Both the position numbers and the translations under genes were made by a program. Below are positions 32,146 to 41,014 of a stretch of DNA of 64,000 nt, piece by piece. The notes beneath the pieces were generated by a model. That model was not told the origin of the DNA. It saw only the letters and a program-made list of their open reading frames with translations, and ran no database searches. The DNA is from Spirochaetia bacterium (GTDB lineage: Bacteria; Spirochaetota; Spirochaetia; G963692905), in assembly GCA_965220165.1 (NCBI GenBank), contig CBDCPJ010000054.1, positions 321,708 to 385,707 on the forward strand, written 5' to 3'. Position 1 is the first letter of the stretch; every line of letters starts with the position of its first letter.

Positions 32146-34458
32146 ATGCGTATTGATCGAGAGTTGCGAATAATATTGACAGAATCGTTTAAAGAGGCTT
32201 CAGAGCGAAAACACGAATACCTTACCCCTGAACACCTACTCTACGCGGCCATGTCATCTGGATATACCCGCGATATCATCGCGGACTGCGGCGGAGACCC
32301 CGAGCTTATCGCGCGACAGCTGAGAGAATACTTAGACCAACATAACTCTATCGTTGAGAATCGAGAGCCCGCGCAATCAAAAGGATTTAGCAATGTTATA
32401 CGTAGAGCTTTTGAGTATAACAAAATTGCCGAAAAAGAATCGGTTGATATTGGCGACGTAATTATTGCCATTTTTGACGAAATAGAATCATATGGCGCCT
32501 ATTTTCTCAAAAAGTCTGGCATTGAGCGCCAAGCTTTGCTAAAGATTGTCGGAGGCGGCGACACACAAGAAGAAAGAACCGATCACGAAGAACAACACCC
32601 CTTTGAAGAAATGCTGAACAATGCCACTCGCAAAAGACGCAGAAAGAAAGATCCATTATCAATGTTCACTACCGACCTTACGCAGATGGCTCGCGAGAAT
32701 AAACTCTCCCCTGTAATTGGGCGCGATGAAATACTAGAACGAACCATGCTTGTGCTATGCAGACGTATGAAGAATAACCCTATCCACTTAGGCGACCCCG
32801 GAGTCGGCAAAACAGCGATAACAGAAGGACTGGCCGTACAAATAGCAAATGGACAAGTTCCGTACGCGTTGCGAGACTTCCGTATTCTATCGCTTGATAT
32901 GGGCTCGCTATTGGCCGGAACGCGTTTTCGGGGCGATTTTGAAGAACGGCTGAAAGACATATTAACCGCAGTGGAACAGGCAGGCTCAACTGTGTTATTC
33001 ATTGATGAAATCCATACTATCGTCGGCGCGGGCGCCGTTTCATCAGGCTCGATGGATGCCTCAAACATGTTTAAGCCAATGCTGGCAAATGGCAAACTAC
33101 GCTGCATCGGCTCCACCACATACGAAGAATATAAGCGATATTTCGAGAAAGACCGCGCGCTCTCCCGCCGTTTTCAAAAAATAGATGTCTCCGAACCATC
33201 AGAATCTGAAGCGCTAGAAATCATAACCGGCTCCAGCCCGCTCTACGAAAGTTTCCACAACGTCACCTATACTCCAGAAGCGTTGAATATGGCTGTGCGT
33301 CTATCTTCCCTTTACATTAACGACCGTCGTCTTCCCGATAAAGCTCTTGACGTAATAGACGAATGCGGAGCTCACACACGTATGCTCGCGCGCGAAGAAC
33401 AGAAAGAGGCCATCGAAATAGACGTACACGCTATAGAAAAAATAGTCGCTCGTATGGCGCAGATTCCAGATCTTAGTGTATCTATTTCAGAGAAAGACAC
33501 CTTGCGTTCTCTTAAAGCTCGTTTGCTAGAGGTCATTTATGGCCAAGATCATGCTGTTGACGCGGTAGTAGAAGCAATTAAGCGATCGCGGGCCGGTTTT
33601 CGATCAATCAATAAACCGGTCGCCTCTCTGCTATTTGTTGGACCCACGGGAGTAGGCAAGACTGAATTGGCGCGTCAATTGGCCATTATGATAGGAACGC
33701 CTCTTCACCGCTTCGATATGAGCGAATTTCAAGAGAAGCACACCGTATCTCGGCTCATCGGTTCCCCGCCAGGCTATATTGGTTATGAAGACAGCGCCCT
33801 ACTGACAGACGCGGTACGCAAGACCCCCCATGCTGTTTTGTTGCTGGACGAGATAGAAAAAGCGCATCCTGAAATCCAAAACATCCTGTTGCAAATCATG
33901 GATTATGCTACCATCACCGATAATTCGGGCCGCAAAGCCGATTTTCGAAATGTCACATTGATTATGACTTCTAACGCTGGAACCAAACAAATTGGCAAGC
34001 CAATAGTGGGTTTTGGCGACGAGGTAGTAGCTGACGAGGCGATAACCAAGGCGCTGGAAGGGTTATTTTCCCCGGAATTTCGCGGACGTATCGATAAAAC
34101 TATTCGTTTTAATCAACTAACCGAGGAAATCGCTATCGAAATTGTCCGCAAAGAGCTGGCTATTTTCTCCGAACAGCTTGCAGAAAAAGATGTCGAATTG
34201 GAAATAGACGACGAATGTATTCGCTATCTAGCTCGCATTGGCTACTCTGCTGAATCTGGAGCGCGAAATATCGCCCGAATTTTCGAAGATAAAATAAAAT
34301 CTTGGTTTGTCGACGAAGTCTTATTTGGTAGATTAAGCGGCGGAGGAAAAACAAAGGCCTACCTCGTCGATGGAGAACCAATTATCCGCGCCCGCCGCAA
34401 ACCTAAACGAAAAAAATACAATGCAGTCGCTTCAACGCCGAAAAACGGATCTCTGTAG
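32146..34458 (+). CDS. clpA: ATP-dependent Clp protease ATP-binding subunit ClpA
   Basis: Clp N-domain and two AAA+ modules (GDPGVGKTAI; FVGPTGVGKTELAR). Start set at the ATG at 32146 (MRIDRELRIIL), not the overlapping upstream ORF start. Confidence 0.9.
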   Translation: MRIDRELRIILTESFKEASERKHEYLTPEHLLYAAMSSGYTRDIIADCGGDPELIARQLREYLDQHNSIVENREPAQSKGFSNVIRRAFEYNKIAEKESVDIGDVIIAIFDEIESYGAYFLKKSGIERQALLKIVGGGDTQEERTDHEEQHPFEEMLNNATRKRRRKKDPLSMFTTDLTQMARENKLSPVIGRDEILERTMLVLCRRMKNNPIHLGDPGVGKTAITEGLAVQIANGQVPYALRDFRILSLDMGSLLAGTRFRGDFEERLKDILTAVEQAGSTVLFIDEIHTIVGAGAVSSGSMDASNMFKPMLANGKLRCIGSTTYEEYKRYFEKDRALSRRFQKIDVSEPSESEALEIITGSSPLYESFHNVTYTPEALNMAVRLSSLYINDRRLPDKALDVIDECGAHTRMLAREEQKEAIEIDVHAIEKIVARMAQIPDLSVSISEKDTLRSLKARLLEVIYGQDHAVDAVVEAIKRSRAGFRSINKPVASLLFVGPTGVGKTELARQLAIMIGTPLHRFDMSEFQEKHTVSRLIGSPPGYIGYEDSALLTDAVRKTPHAVLLLDEIEKAHPEIQNILLQIMDYATITDNSGRKADFRNVTLIMTSNAGTKQIGKPIVGFGDEVVADEAITKALEGLFSPEFRGRIDKTIRFNQLTEEIAIEIVRKELAIFSEQLAEKDVELEIDDECIRYLARIGYSAESGARNIARIFEDKIKSWFVDEVLFGRLSGGGKTKAYLVDGEPIIRARRKPKRKKYNAVASTPKNGSL

Positions 34459-34565
34459 ACAGACCGACCATCGTTGCGCAATTCAGCATTCGAGCCGTAT
34501 ACTACCCGCAAGCCTTTCGCTGCCCGCTAACTCTGCGCTACCAGCCAGCCCTGCGCTATTCGCGA

Positions 34566-35264
34566 ATTAAAACAAAGGATCTTCTCATCATATCGTTCCC
34601 CCATCCCGATACAGCCGACGCGACCGGACTCATTTACATCGGCGGCGATCTATCAACCGAAAATCTTGTCGCCGCATACCAACGAGGAATTTTTCCATGG
34701 TACTCTTCGCCGCCTATTCGTTGGTACTGCCCCCATCCTCGTTGCGTCCTATTCCCTTCATCGATGCGCCGTTCTCGGAGTCTCACACGATCTATTTTCA
34801 AACGAGGGTTCTCATTCAGCGTCAACCAATGTTTTGACGACGTTATCCACCACTGCGCAAATTCGCGAGGCCGCTCTCAAGATCCCCGCGCATGGCTAAC
34901 GCCGCCAATGATAAAAGCTTTTCGCGCGCTCCATAGGCAAAGAATCGCGCATTCAATAGAGGTATGGAGCAACGCGCAACTATGCGGAGGACTCTACGGC
35001 ATCTCATTAGGAACAATATTTTCGGGAGAATCTATGTTCTCGCTTATTCCCGACGCCTCAAAAGTAGCGGTTTGGGCGCTCTGCTCTATTGCCGAACGCT
35101 ATTCTTTTCCGTTTATCGACTGCCAAATAAGCAACCCTTTTTTGGCCAGTCTGGGAGCCGAAGAAATGCATCGCGATCGTTACCTTGCCATATTGGCTCG
35201 CTCTGTCAAAACAGAAGAAAGCCCGTTAGCGCGCGCGTTTTATAGTCGCGAAAAAACGCATTAG
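34566..35264 (+). CDS. aat: Leucyl/phenylalanyl-tRNA--protein transferase (start non-canonical or unresolved)
   Basis: GIFPWYS, AHSIEVW and LCGGLYGISLG...FSGESMFS motifs align with E. coli Aat over the full length. No in-frame ATG/GTG/TTG exists between the clpA stop and the conserved N-terminus. ATT (34566) or CTG (34551) are the candidate starts. Confidence 0.7.
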   Translation: MKTKDLLIISFPHPDTADATGLIYIGGDLSTENLVAAYQRGIFPWYSSPPIRWYCPHPRCVLFPSSMRRSRSLTRSIFKRGFSFSVNQCFDDVIHHCANSRGRSQDPRAWLTPPMIKAFRALHRQRIAHSIEVWSNAQLCGGLYGISLGTIFSGESMFSLIPDASKVAVWALCSIAERYSFPFIDCQISNPFLASLGAEEMHRDRYLAILARSVKTEESPLARAFYSREKTH

Positions 35265-35294
35265 ACGAGCGTTTTATGGAAAATGCCGGCGGTA

Positions 35295-36383
35295 TTACGC
35301 AGAATTAAGACGATGATAGGCTTCTATCAATAGCTCGTTCGTCTCGTCCCAACCAATGCAGGGATCGGTAATCGAGACCCCATATTGCAACTCTTTCGCG
35401 CCGACATCAATATTTTGATATCCGCTCTCTATGTTGCTTTCTAACATCGCTCCACTAACGATACCGGAAATTCGATGAGATACGGCGGAACGAAAAATTT
35501 GCCCCTGCTTCGTATGATCTTTACCAGAATTGGCATGATTACAGTCGATCATAATTGAGTTATTATATCCCGCTTTGCGCAGCAATTGACGCACGCGATC
35601 GATAGAAACCTCATCATAGTTTGGCCCATCGTTGCCCCCTCGCAACACAAGGTGGCCATTATGGTTGCCGGTGGTTCTAACCGCGCAAATACGCCCGATC
35701 TGGTTAATGCCGATAAACGTGTGGGGATGACGCGCTGCCGCCAATGCGTTAATCGCCTTAATTACATCGCCGTCGGTGCCATTTTTAAAACCGACCGGCA
35801 TAGAAAGCCCGCTGGCCATCTCGCGATGGATCTGCGATTCGGTAGTCCTCGCGCCGATCGAAGCCCATGAAATGAGGTCATCAATATATTGAGGGACTAT
35901 TGAATCGAGAAACTCCGTGCCGGCGGCCAAACCCAATTCGCCTATTTTTATCAAAAGCGACCTCGCTCGCCGCAACCCCTCGGCAACATCATTAGTACCG
36001 TCAAGGTGGGGATCGAGAATAAGCCCTCGCCAGCCAAGCTTCGTCCTCGGTTTTTCGAAGTAGACCCTCATAACAACACATATCCTATCGCGAATACGTT
36101 TGCTTAATTTCGCAAGTCTCTGAGCGTAGTCCAAAGCCGTATCGCTATCATGGATAGAGCAAGGGCCGACAAGACATAATAGCCGCGGATCGTCGCCAGA
36201 AATAATCTGCGCGATCTCACCGCGACTTCGCAAAACGCAACGATGAACATCCAACACCGCGGGGAGCGATTGTTTTAGATCATGCGGAGAAATAATAGGC
36301 TCGAACGAAGAGACTCGAGAATCTATCAATTGGCGATCCGCTCGCTCAAGCGGCGTTGTAGAATTGATACGGAATATTGACAT
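35295..36383 (-). CDS. aroG: 3-deoxy-7-phosphoheptulonate (DAHP) synthase, class I (AroG/F/H type)
   Basis: LLCLVGPCSIHD motif, KPRT and GxR motifs. Start set at the internal ATG (MSIFRINSTTPLE...), since the longer tracked ORF would overlap asnS. Confidence 0.85.
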   Translation of the reverse strand: MSIFRINSTTPLERADRQLIDSRVSSFEPIISPHDLKQSLPAVLDVHRCVLRSRGEIAQIISGDDPRLLCLVGPCSIHDSDTALDYAQRLAKLSKRIRDRICVVMRVYFEKPRTKLGWRGLILDPHLDGTNDVAEGLRRARSLLIKIGELGLAAGTEFLDSIVPQYIDDLISWASIGARTTESQIHREMASGLSMPVGFKNGTDGDVIKAINALAAARHPHTFIGINQIGRICAVRTTGNHNGHLVLRGGNDGPNYDEVSIDRVRQLLRKAGYNNSIMIDCNHANSGKDHTKQGQIFRSAVSHRISGIVSGAMLESNIESGYQNIDVGAKELQYGVSITDPCIGWDETNELLIEAYHRLNSA

Positions 36384-36450
36384 AATTCGAAGGTATTGTA
36401 TACTAAACGTCGCAAATGCAAAATATAAATTTTGATGCCTGTTTACCCTC

Positions 36451-37794
36451 TTGATTCTCCATAAAAATCGCATCGTCGACATTCTTAACGGCTCTCGCGG
36501 CGATCGATATAGAGCTTTGGGCTGGGTTCGCTCCGCGCGAAGATCATCCCAAGTAAGCTTCATCGAAATCAACGACGGCTCCTGTCTGTCGAATCTTCAG
36601 GTCGTTTTCTCTCCTCCGGCGACCAACGACATCAATGTAGGCTCCGCGGTTGAAGTTACTGGACAGCTAGCGGAATCGCAAGGCACAAAACAGAGCATAG
36701 AGTTGCAAGGCGAATCGATCGCCGTCATTGGAACGGCGGATGCCCACGATTACCCGCTCCAGAAAAAACGCCACTCATTTGAATACCTTCGTTCAATAGC
36801 CCACCTTCGCGCCCGCTCCAATACATTCGGCGCGGTAGCCAGAATACGCAACGCCATCAGCATGGCAATTCATAATTTTTTCCAAACCAATGGATTTCTC
36901 TATGTCCACACGCCAATCATCTCAGGAAACGACGCCGAAGGCGGAGGAACATTATTTGAAGTTATTACTCGCGACCGAAAAAATGAGACCCGTTTTTTCC
37001 CCCGAACGGCCTACCTTACCGTCAGCGGACAGTTGAACGCGGAAACCTATGCCTCCGCGTTGAGCCGCGTGTACACCTTTGGTCCGACATTTCGCGCGGA
37101 AAACTCAAATACCAGACGCCACTTGGCGGAATTCTGGATGGTCGAACCGGAAATAGCATTTTGCGAACTTGACGAACTGATAGAATTCTCGGAACATTTC
37201 CTCAAATCAATTATCACAACCATACTAGAACGCTCAATCGACGACTTAGAATTTTTCGATCGGCGCATTTGCCCGGGAATTATCGACTCTCTACGGCGCG
37301 TCGTCGAATGTTCATTTGAACATATCGACTACGATCAAGCAATTGCGTTGCTGACAAATGCCGACCAGCAATTTCGCTATCCCGTATCATGGGGAATCGA
37401 TCTTCAATCCGAGCATGAACAGTGGCTCACCGAAGATTATTTTGGCAACCCGGTTTTCATTACCAATTGGCCAAAGGATATAAAAGCGTTCTATATGCGC
37501 CAAAACGATGACGGAAAGACGGTCGGCGCTATGGACCTACTCGTCCCTCGACTTGGCGAAATTATTGGCGGCAGCCAACGCGAGGAACGCTACGAACGCC
37601 TGGCGAACAGAATAGATGAATTGGGCATGGAGCGCAGCCACTATTGGTGGTATCTCGACATCCGCCGATTTGGAACCGCGCCTCACGCGGGTTTTGGCCT
37701 TGGATTCGAACGTTTCGTACAATATATCACCGGCATCGCAAATATTCGAGACACAATACCATTTCCTCGAACCGCCGGAAATTTGGAATTCTAG
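36451..37794 (+). CDS. asnS: Asparagine--tRNA ligase
   Basis: Class II aaRS motifs (FRAENSNTRRHLAEFWMVEPE; GGSQREER; GFGLGFER) and an OB-fold N-domain. Confidence 0.9.
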   Translation: MILHKNRIVDILNGSRGDRYRALGWVRSARRSSQVSFIEINDGSCLSNLQVVFSPPATNDINVGSAVEVTGQLAESQGTKQSIELQGESIAVIGTADAHDYPLQKKRHSFEYLRSIAHLRARSNTFGAVARIRNAISMAIHNFFQTNGFLYVHTPIISGNDAEGGGTLFEVITRDRKNETRFFPRTAYLTVSGQLNAETYASALSRVYTFGPTFRAENSNTRRHLAEFWMVEPEIAFCELDELIEFSEHFLKSIITTILERSIDDLEFFDRRICPGIIDSLRRVVECSFEHIDYDQAIALLTNADQQFRYPVSWGIDLQSEHEQWLTEDYFGNPVFITNWPKDIKAFYMRQNDDGKTVGAMDLLVPRLGEIIGGSQREERYERLANRIDELGMERSHYWWYLDIRRFGTAPHAGFGLGFERFVQYITGIANIRDTIPFPRTAGNLEF

Positions 37795-37803
37795 ACGATC
37801 GCT

Positions 37804-39048
37804 ATGAAACAGCCAGAAAACCGCCTGCCGTTGCTCGATAAATATGCCGAATTGATCGTCTCGTCATTGAACCTCCGGGAAGGGCAACGATTGATGATCA
37901 AAGGAGAACCCGAACACTGTCCCTTGATTATTGAAATCGCCTCGGCCGCCTATCGTCGCGGAGCGATGTTTGTTGAAACGGAGATAACAAATCCCCAGCT
38001 TGTCCAAGCCCGCATACAATACTCTCGCGAAAAATGGCTCGACTACGACTATTCGTTATCAAGGAGCCGCTATCGGCAAATTATCGACGAACGATGGGCC
38101 TATGTCTCCATAACCGGCGCGCAGTCTCCCGATCTTCCCAGCCTGCTCGATAGCCATAGATACGCCAAAGCCCGCAGCGCATTTGCCGCCGCGAGAAGTA
38201 TGTTTCTCAATCATATCATTGGCCATCGGACAAACTGGATTGTGTGTGGCTATCCAACCGTCGGCTGGGGCAAAAAAGTCTTTGGAAACGACGCGAAAGA
38301 CAGCCAGACGAACCTATGGAGCGAAATGAGGCATTTCTTGCGCCTCAACCAGCAAGATCCACTCGAAATCTGGAAAACGCTCGGCGATACGCTCAAACGA
38401 CGCGCCGATCGGCTCAGCGCGATGCATATCGACTCGCTTCGCTTCACCGGTCCAGGCACCGATTTAACCATAGGACTCATACCCGGCTCGATCTGGCAAG
38501 GCGGCTTCGCAACCGACAGCGGCGGCGACTGGTTTCTGCCCAATCTCCCCACCGAAGAAATATTCGTCGCGCCCGACTGCAACCGCGCAGAAGGCTCGGT
38601 ATCTCTTACTCGCCCCGCCGTAATCTTTGACGCGATAGCGCGCGATGTCGTTTTGCGCTTTTCCGCCGGACGAATCATCGATTGGAGCGCGAGCGCGGGC
38701 AAAAAGGCGCTCGACAGTTTTTTGGCCACCGATAGTCGCCTCGCTCGATTAGGAGAGGTCGCTTTGGTCGACGCCTCCTCGCCTATCTCGCAAAAGCCGT
38801 TCATCTTCTCTAATATTCTATTCGATGAAAATGCCGCCTGCCACATCGCTCTTGGCGCAGGATTCCCAAATTCGCTTCCCGATGGCGACTCAATGGATCG
38901 CGACCAGCTACAATCGTCCGGCATTAACGTCGCTCCGGCGCACTGCGACCTTATGATCGGCTCCCCGCAAATCTCGGTAACCGCGCGCCTCCATAACGGC
39001 AAGACTATCCCATTGATCGAAAACGGACATTTTAGCGCCATCGAATAA
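37804..39048 (+). CDS. Aminopeptidase, M29 (AmpS/PepS thermophilic metalloprotease) family
   Basis: Full-length similarity to M29 aminopeptidases (LDKYAELIV...; GSIWQGGF; ENAACHIALG). Confidence 0.7.
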   Translation: MKQPENRLPLLDKYAELIVSSLNLREGQRLMIKGEPEHCPLIIEIASAAYRRGAMFVETEITNPQLVQARIQYSREKWLDYDYSLSRSRYRQIIDERWAYVSITGAQSPDLPSLLDSHRYAKARSAFAAARSMFLNHIIGHRTNWIVCGYPTVGWGKKVFGNDAKDSQTNLWSEMRHFLRLNQQDPLEIWKTLGDTLKRRADRLSAMHIDSLRFTGPGTDLTIGLIPGSIWQGGFATDSGGDWFLPNLPTEEIFVAPDCNRAEGSVSLTRPAVIFDAIARDVVLRFSAGRIIDWSASAGKKALDSFLATDSRLARLGEVALVDASSPISQKPFIFSNILFDENAACHIALGAGFPNSLPDGDSMDRDQLQSSGINVAPAHCDLMIGSPQISVTARLHNGKTIPLIENGHFSAIE

Positions 39049-39481
39049 CTCGCAATCTCCTGTTTCTGCCGCCATTCGACATTGCCCGCCGCGCTTGCGC
39101 AATATAATATAGGAAATATTTTATCGGGAAGGGGGGAAGCGCTCCGAACAATAGCATGCGACCTCTCCTCATCGGCCCACGCGAACCATCCAAAGCGCCG
39201 CCGCCCTTTTCGTTGTCTCCCCCCTCGCCTCCAGCCCGCCCCGATCAGTTCGCCACATAACGTATTCGCTCGCCCTCCATAGCGAAAATGCCGGGCAGGC
39301 TTACGGCTCCCCCCTCTGCGGGAGCGCTCGCCCAGTTGGTCGTCGCCCCCCATCGCGCCCGCAACGCCCGACCGCCTCAATACCAATGCCTCCCTGTTTC
39401 GGCGCGCGATCAAAAACCATAAATAAACAGAATATGCTATAATATATTGACTCTTATTAATTCTTCTTATATCATGGCGTT

Positions 39482-41002
39482 ATGGTTTCGAAATCTACCA
39501 GCGACACAACACAGATAGCGAATCGCGAAAGAAAAAAGACGACCAGTCCTAAACAGAAAGCGCTCTATATTGGCGGAATCGTTGTTTTGCTTATTATTGG
39601 CGTCTCGTTTATTGGAGCGCCAATTCTCTCCACAAGTCTCGGAGGGCAACGGCTTGTATTTGGTCGGTATAAAAGCAACGAAATTGTATATGAACAGGAT
39701 AACTGGTTTGGACGTACCCTCTACGCAATTTCGCAACAATATCCTTCTATAAATACCGATGACGAAACTATACTTGCGCTTCAACAACGCTCTCGCTGGC
39801 AACAGGCATTTCAGCAAACATTATTTCATACCGCGGTAATAACGGAAAGCGAAGAGAGCGGTTTAGATGTCTCTGAATCCGCTATTGATCAGGCGGTAGC
39901 GACCAACGCGCAGTTTATTGTCGACGGAAAATTCGACGCTTCTCTCTATCGCTCGCTCTCTGGGCAACAACGCATCTCTTTACGAAATTACCTACGCGAA
40001 ACATTAATAAGAGAACAGTACATTGAGGATTTGATATTTGGAACCTCCGTAAGCCAAAATGAGCTTGATTTCTTAGCAAGTCTTGGCCATAATGAGCGAC
40101 AAATTCGTTTTATCGCATTGAATTATTTCGACTATCCCCAAGAAGAGGTTGAGGCATTCATCGCCGAAGAACACGATCTCTTTCGCCAGCTTGATCTCTC
40201 TATTATCACCGTAGACGAGCAAAACGAGGCGATGAATATTCGTAATCAAGCGCTCGATCAAACCGCTTCCTTTGAGGAACTGGCAACCCTGCATTCAACA
40301 GACTCTTTTGCCGATCAAGAAGGCGCCATGGGATTGACCTATTTTTACCAACTTGAACAGAGCTACGATGACGCAGAGCCTCTCGAAGCGTTGTTCGAAC
40401 TTGAAGTTGGCGAGCTTAGCCAGATATTTGAGACAATTGACGGCTGGGCATTCTACCGTCTAGAAGACGAACCCAAGTCGCCCGCCGATCCTCCCGACGA
40501 AGAATTGATTGAAGAGGCCGATAGCTATATTCAATCATTTGAGCGGGGACGAGTGGAGGACTATTTTCTGGCTCTTGCCGAGGATCTACGCGTCAACGAC
40601 AGCGAATCTTCTCTAATCGACATAGCTTCCACAAATAATCTGGAAATACATACTACTAACTATTTCCCAATTAATTACGGACAAATAGACGCATATCCTT
40701 CTATAGAAGTCGAAACCTCATCTGCCTTAGATGGCATAGGCAACAGAATCGAATTTTTTGAATCGGTATTCTCGCTTGACGATGGCGATATTTCCGAACC
40801 CCTCGTCTATCGAGATAGCGTTTTTCTCTTCGAGCTCGCTTCGACACGTGTTAATACCGAAGATTACGAAGATTTCGGCGACTATTTTCCCGTCATCCTC
40901 GAAGATTATCAATCGGAACTCTTGGAAACTCAACTTCTTGATAACGACTATATCGTCGACAATTTTGAAGCCGCATTTTCTCGTTATGTCTTAGCTCCGT
41001 AG
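39482..41002 (+). CDS. Membrane-anchored periplasmic chaperone-like protein with SurA_N/PpiD-like domain
   Basis: N-terminal TM helix (LYIGGIVVLLIIGVSFIGAPIL). The segment QFIVDGKFDASLYRSLSGQQ resembles the PpiD/SurA N-domain (FQVDGKFDNSRY...). No PPIase motif was recognized. Confidence 0.45.
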   Translation: MVSKSTSDTTQIANRERKKTTSPKQKALYIGGIVVLLIIGVSFIGAPILSTSLGGQRLVFGRYKSNEIVYEQDNWFGRTLYAISQQYPSINTDDETILALQQRSRWQQAFQQTLFHTAVITESEESGLDVSESAIDQAVATNAQFIVDGKFDASLYRSLSGQQRISLRNYLRETLIREQYIEDLIFGTSVSQNELDFLASLGHNERQIRFIALNYFDYPQEEVEAFIAEEHDLFRQLDLSIITVDEQNEAMNIRNQALDQTASFEELATLHSTDSFADQEGAMGLTYFYQLEQSYDDAEPLEALFELEVGELSQIFETIDGWAFYRLEDEPKSPADPPDEELIEEADSYIQSFERGRVEDYFLALAEDLRVNDSESSLIDIASTNNLEIHTTNYFPINYGQIDAYPSIEVETSSALDGIGNRIEFFESVFSLDDGDISEPLVYRDSVFLFELASTRVNTEDYEDFGDYFPVILEDYQSELLETQLLDNDYIVDNFEAAFSRYVLAP

Positions 41003-41014
41003 TCGCGCTCTAGC

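Noticed and set aside
32583-33119. 178-aa minus-strand ORF inside clpA
   Set aside because: It is antisense to the ClpA AAA+ domains. The translation is low-complexity and Ser/Pro-rich. A GC-rich antisense artefact.
38250-39413. 387-aa minus-strand ORF (R/G-rich) overlapping the M29 aminopeptidase gene and the C-rich spacer
   Set aside because: It is antisense to a well-supported conserved gene in GC-rich DNA. The R/G-rich translation has no motifs, as expected for a spurious antisense ORF.
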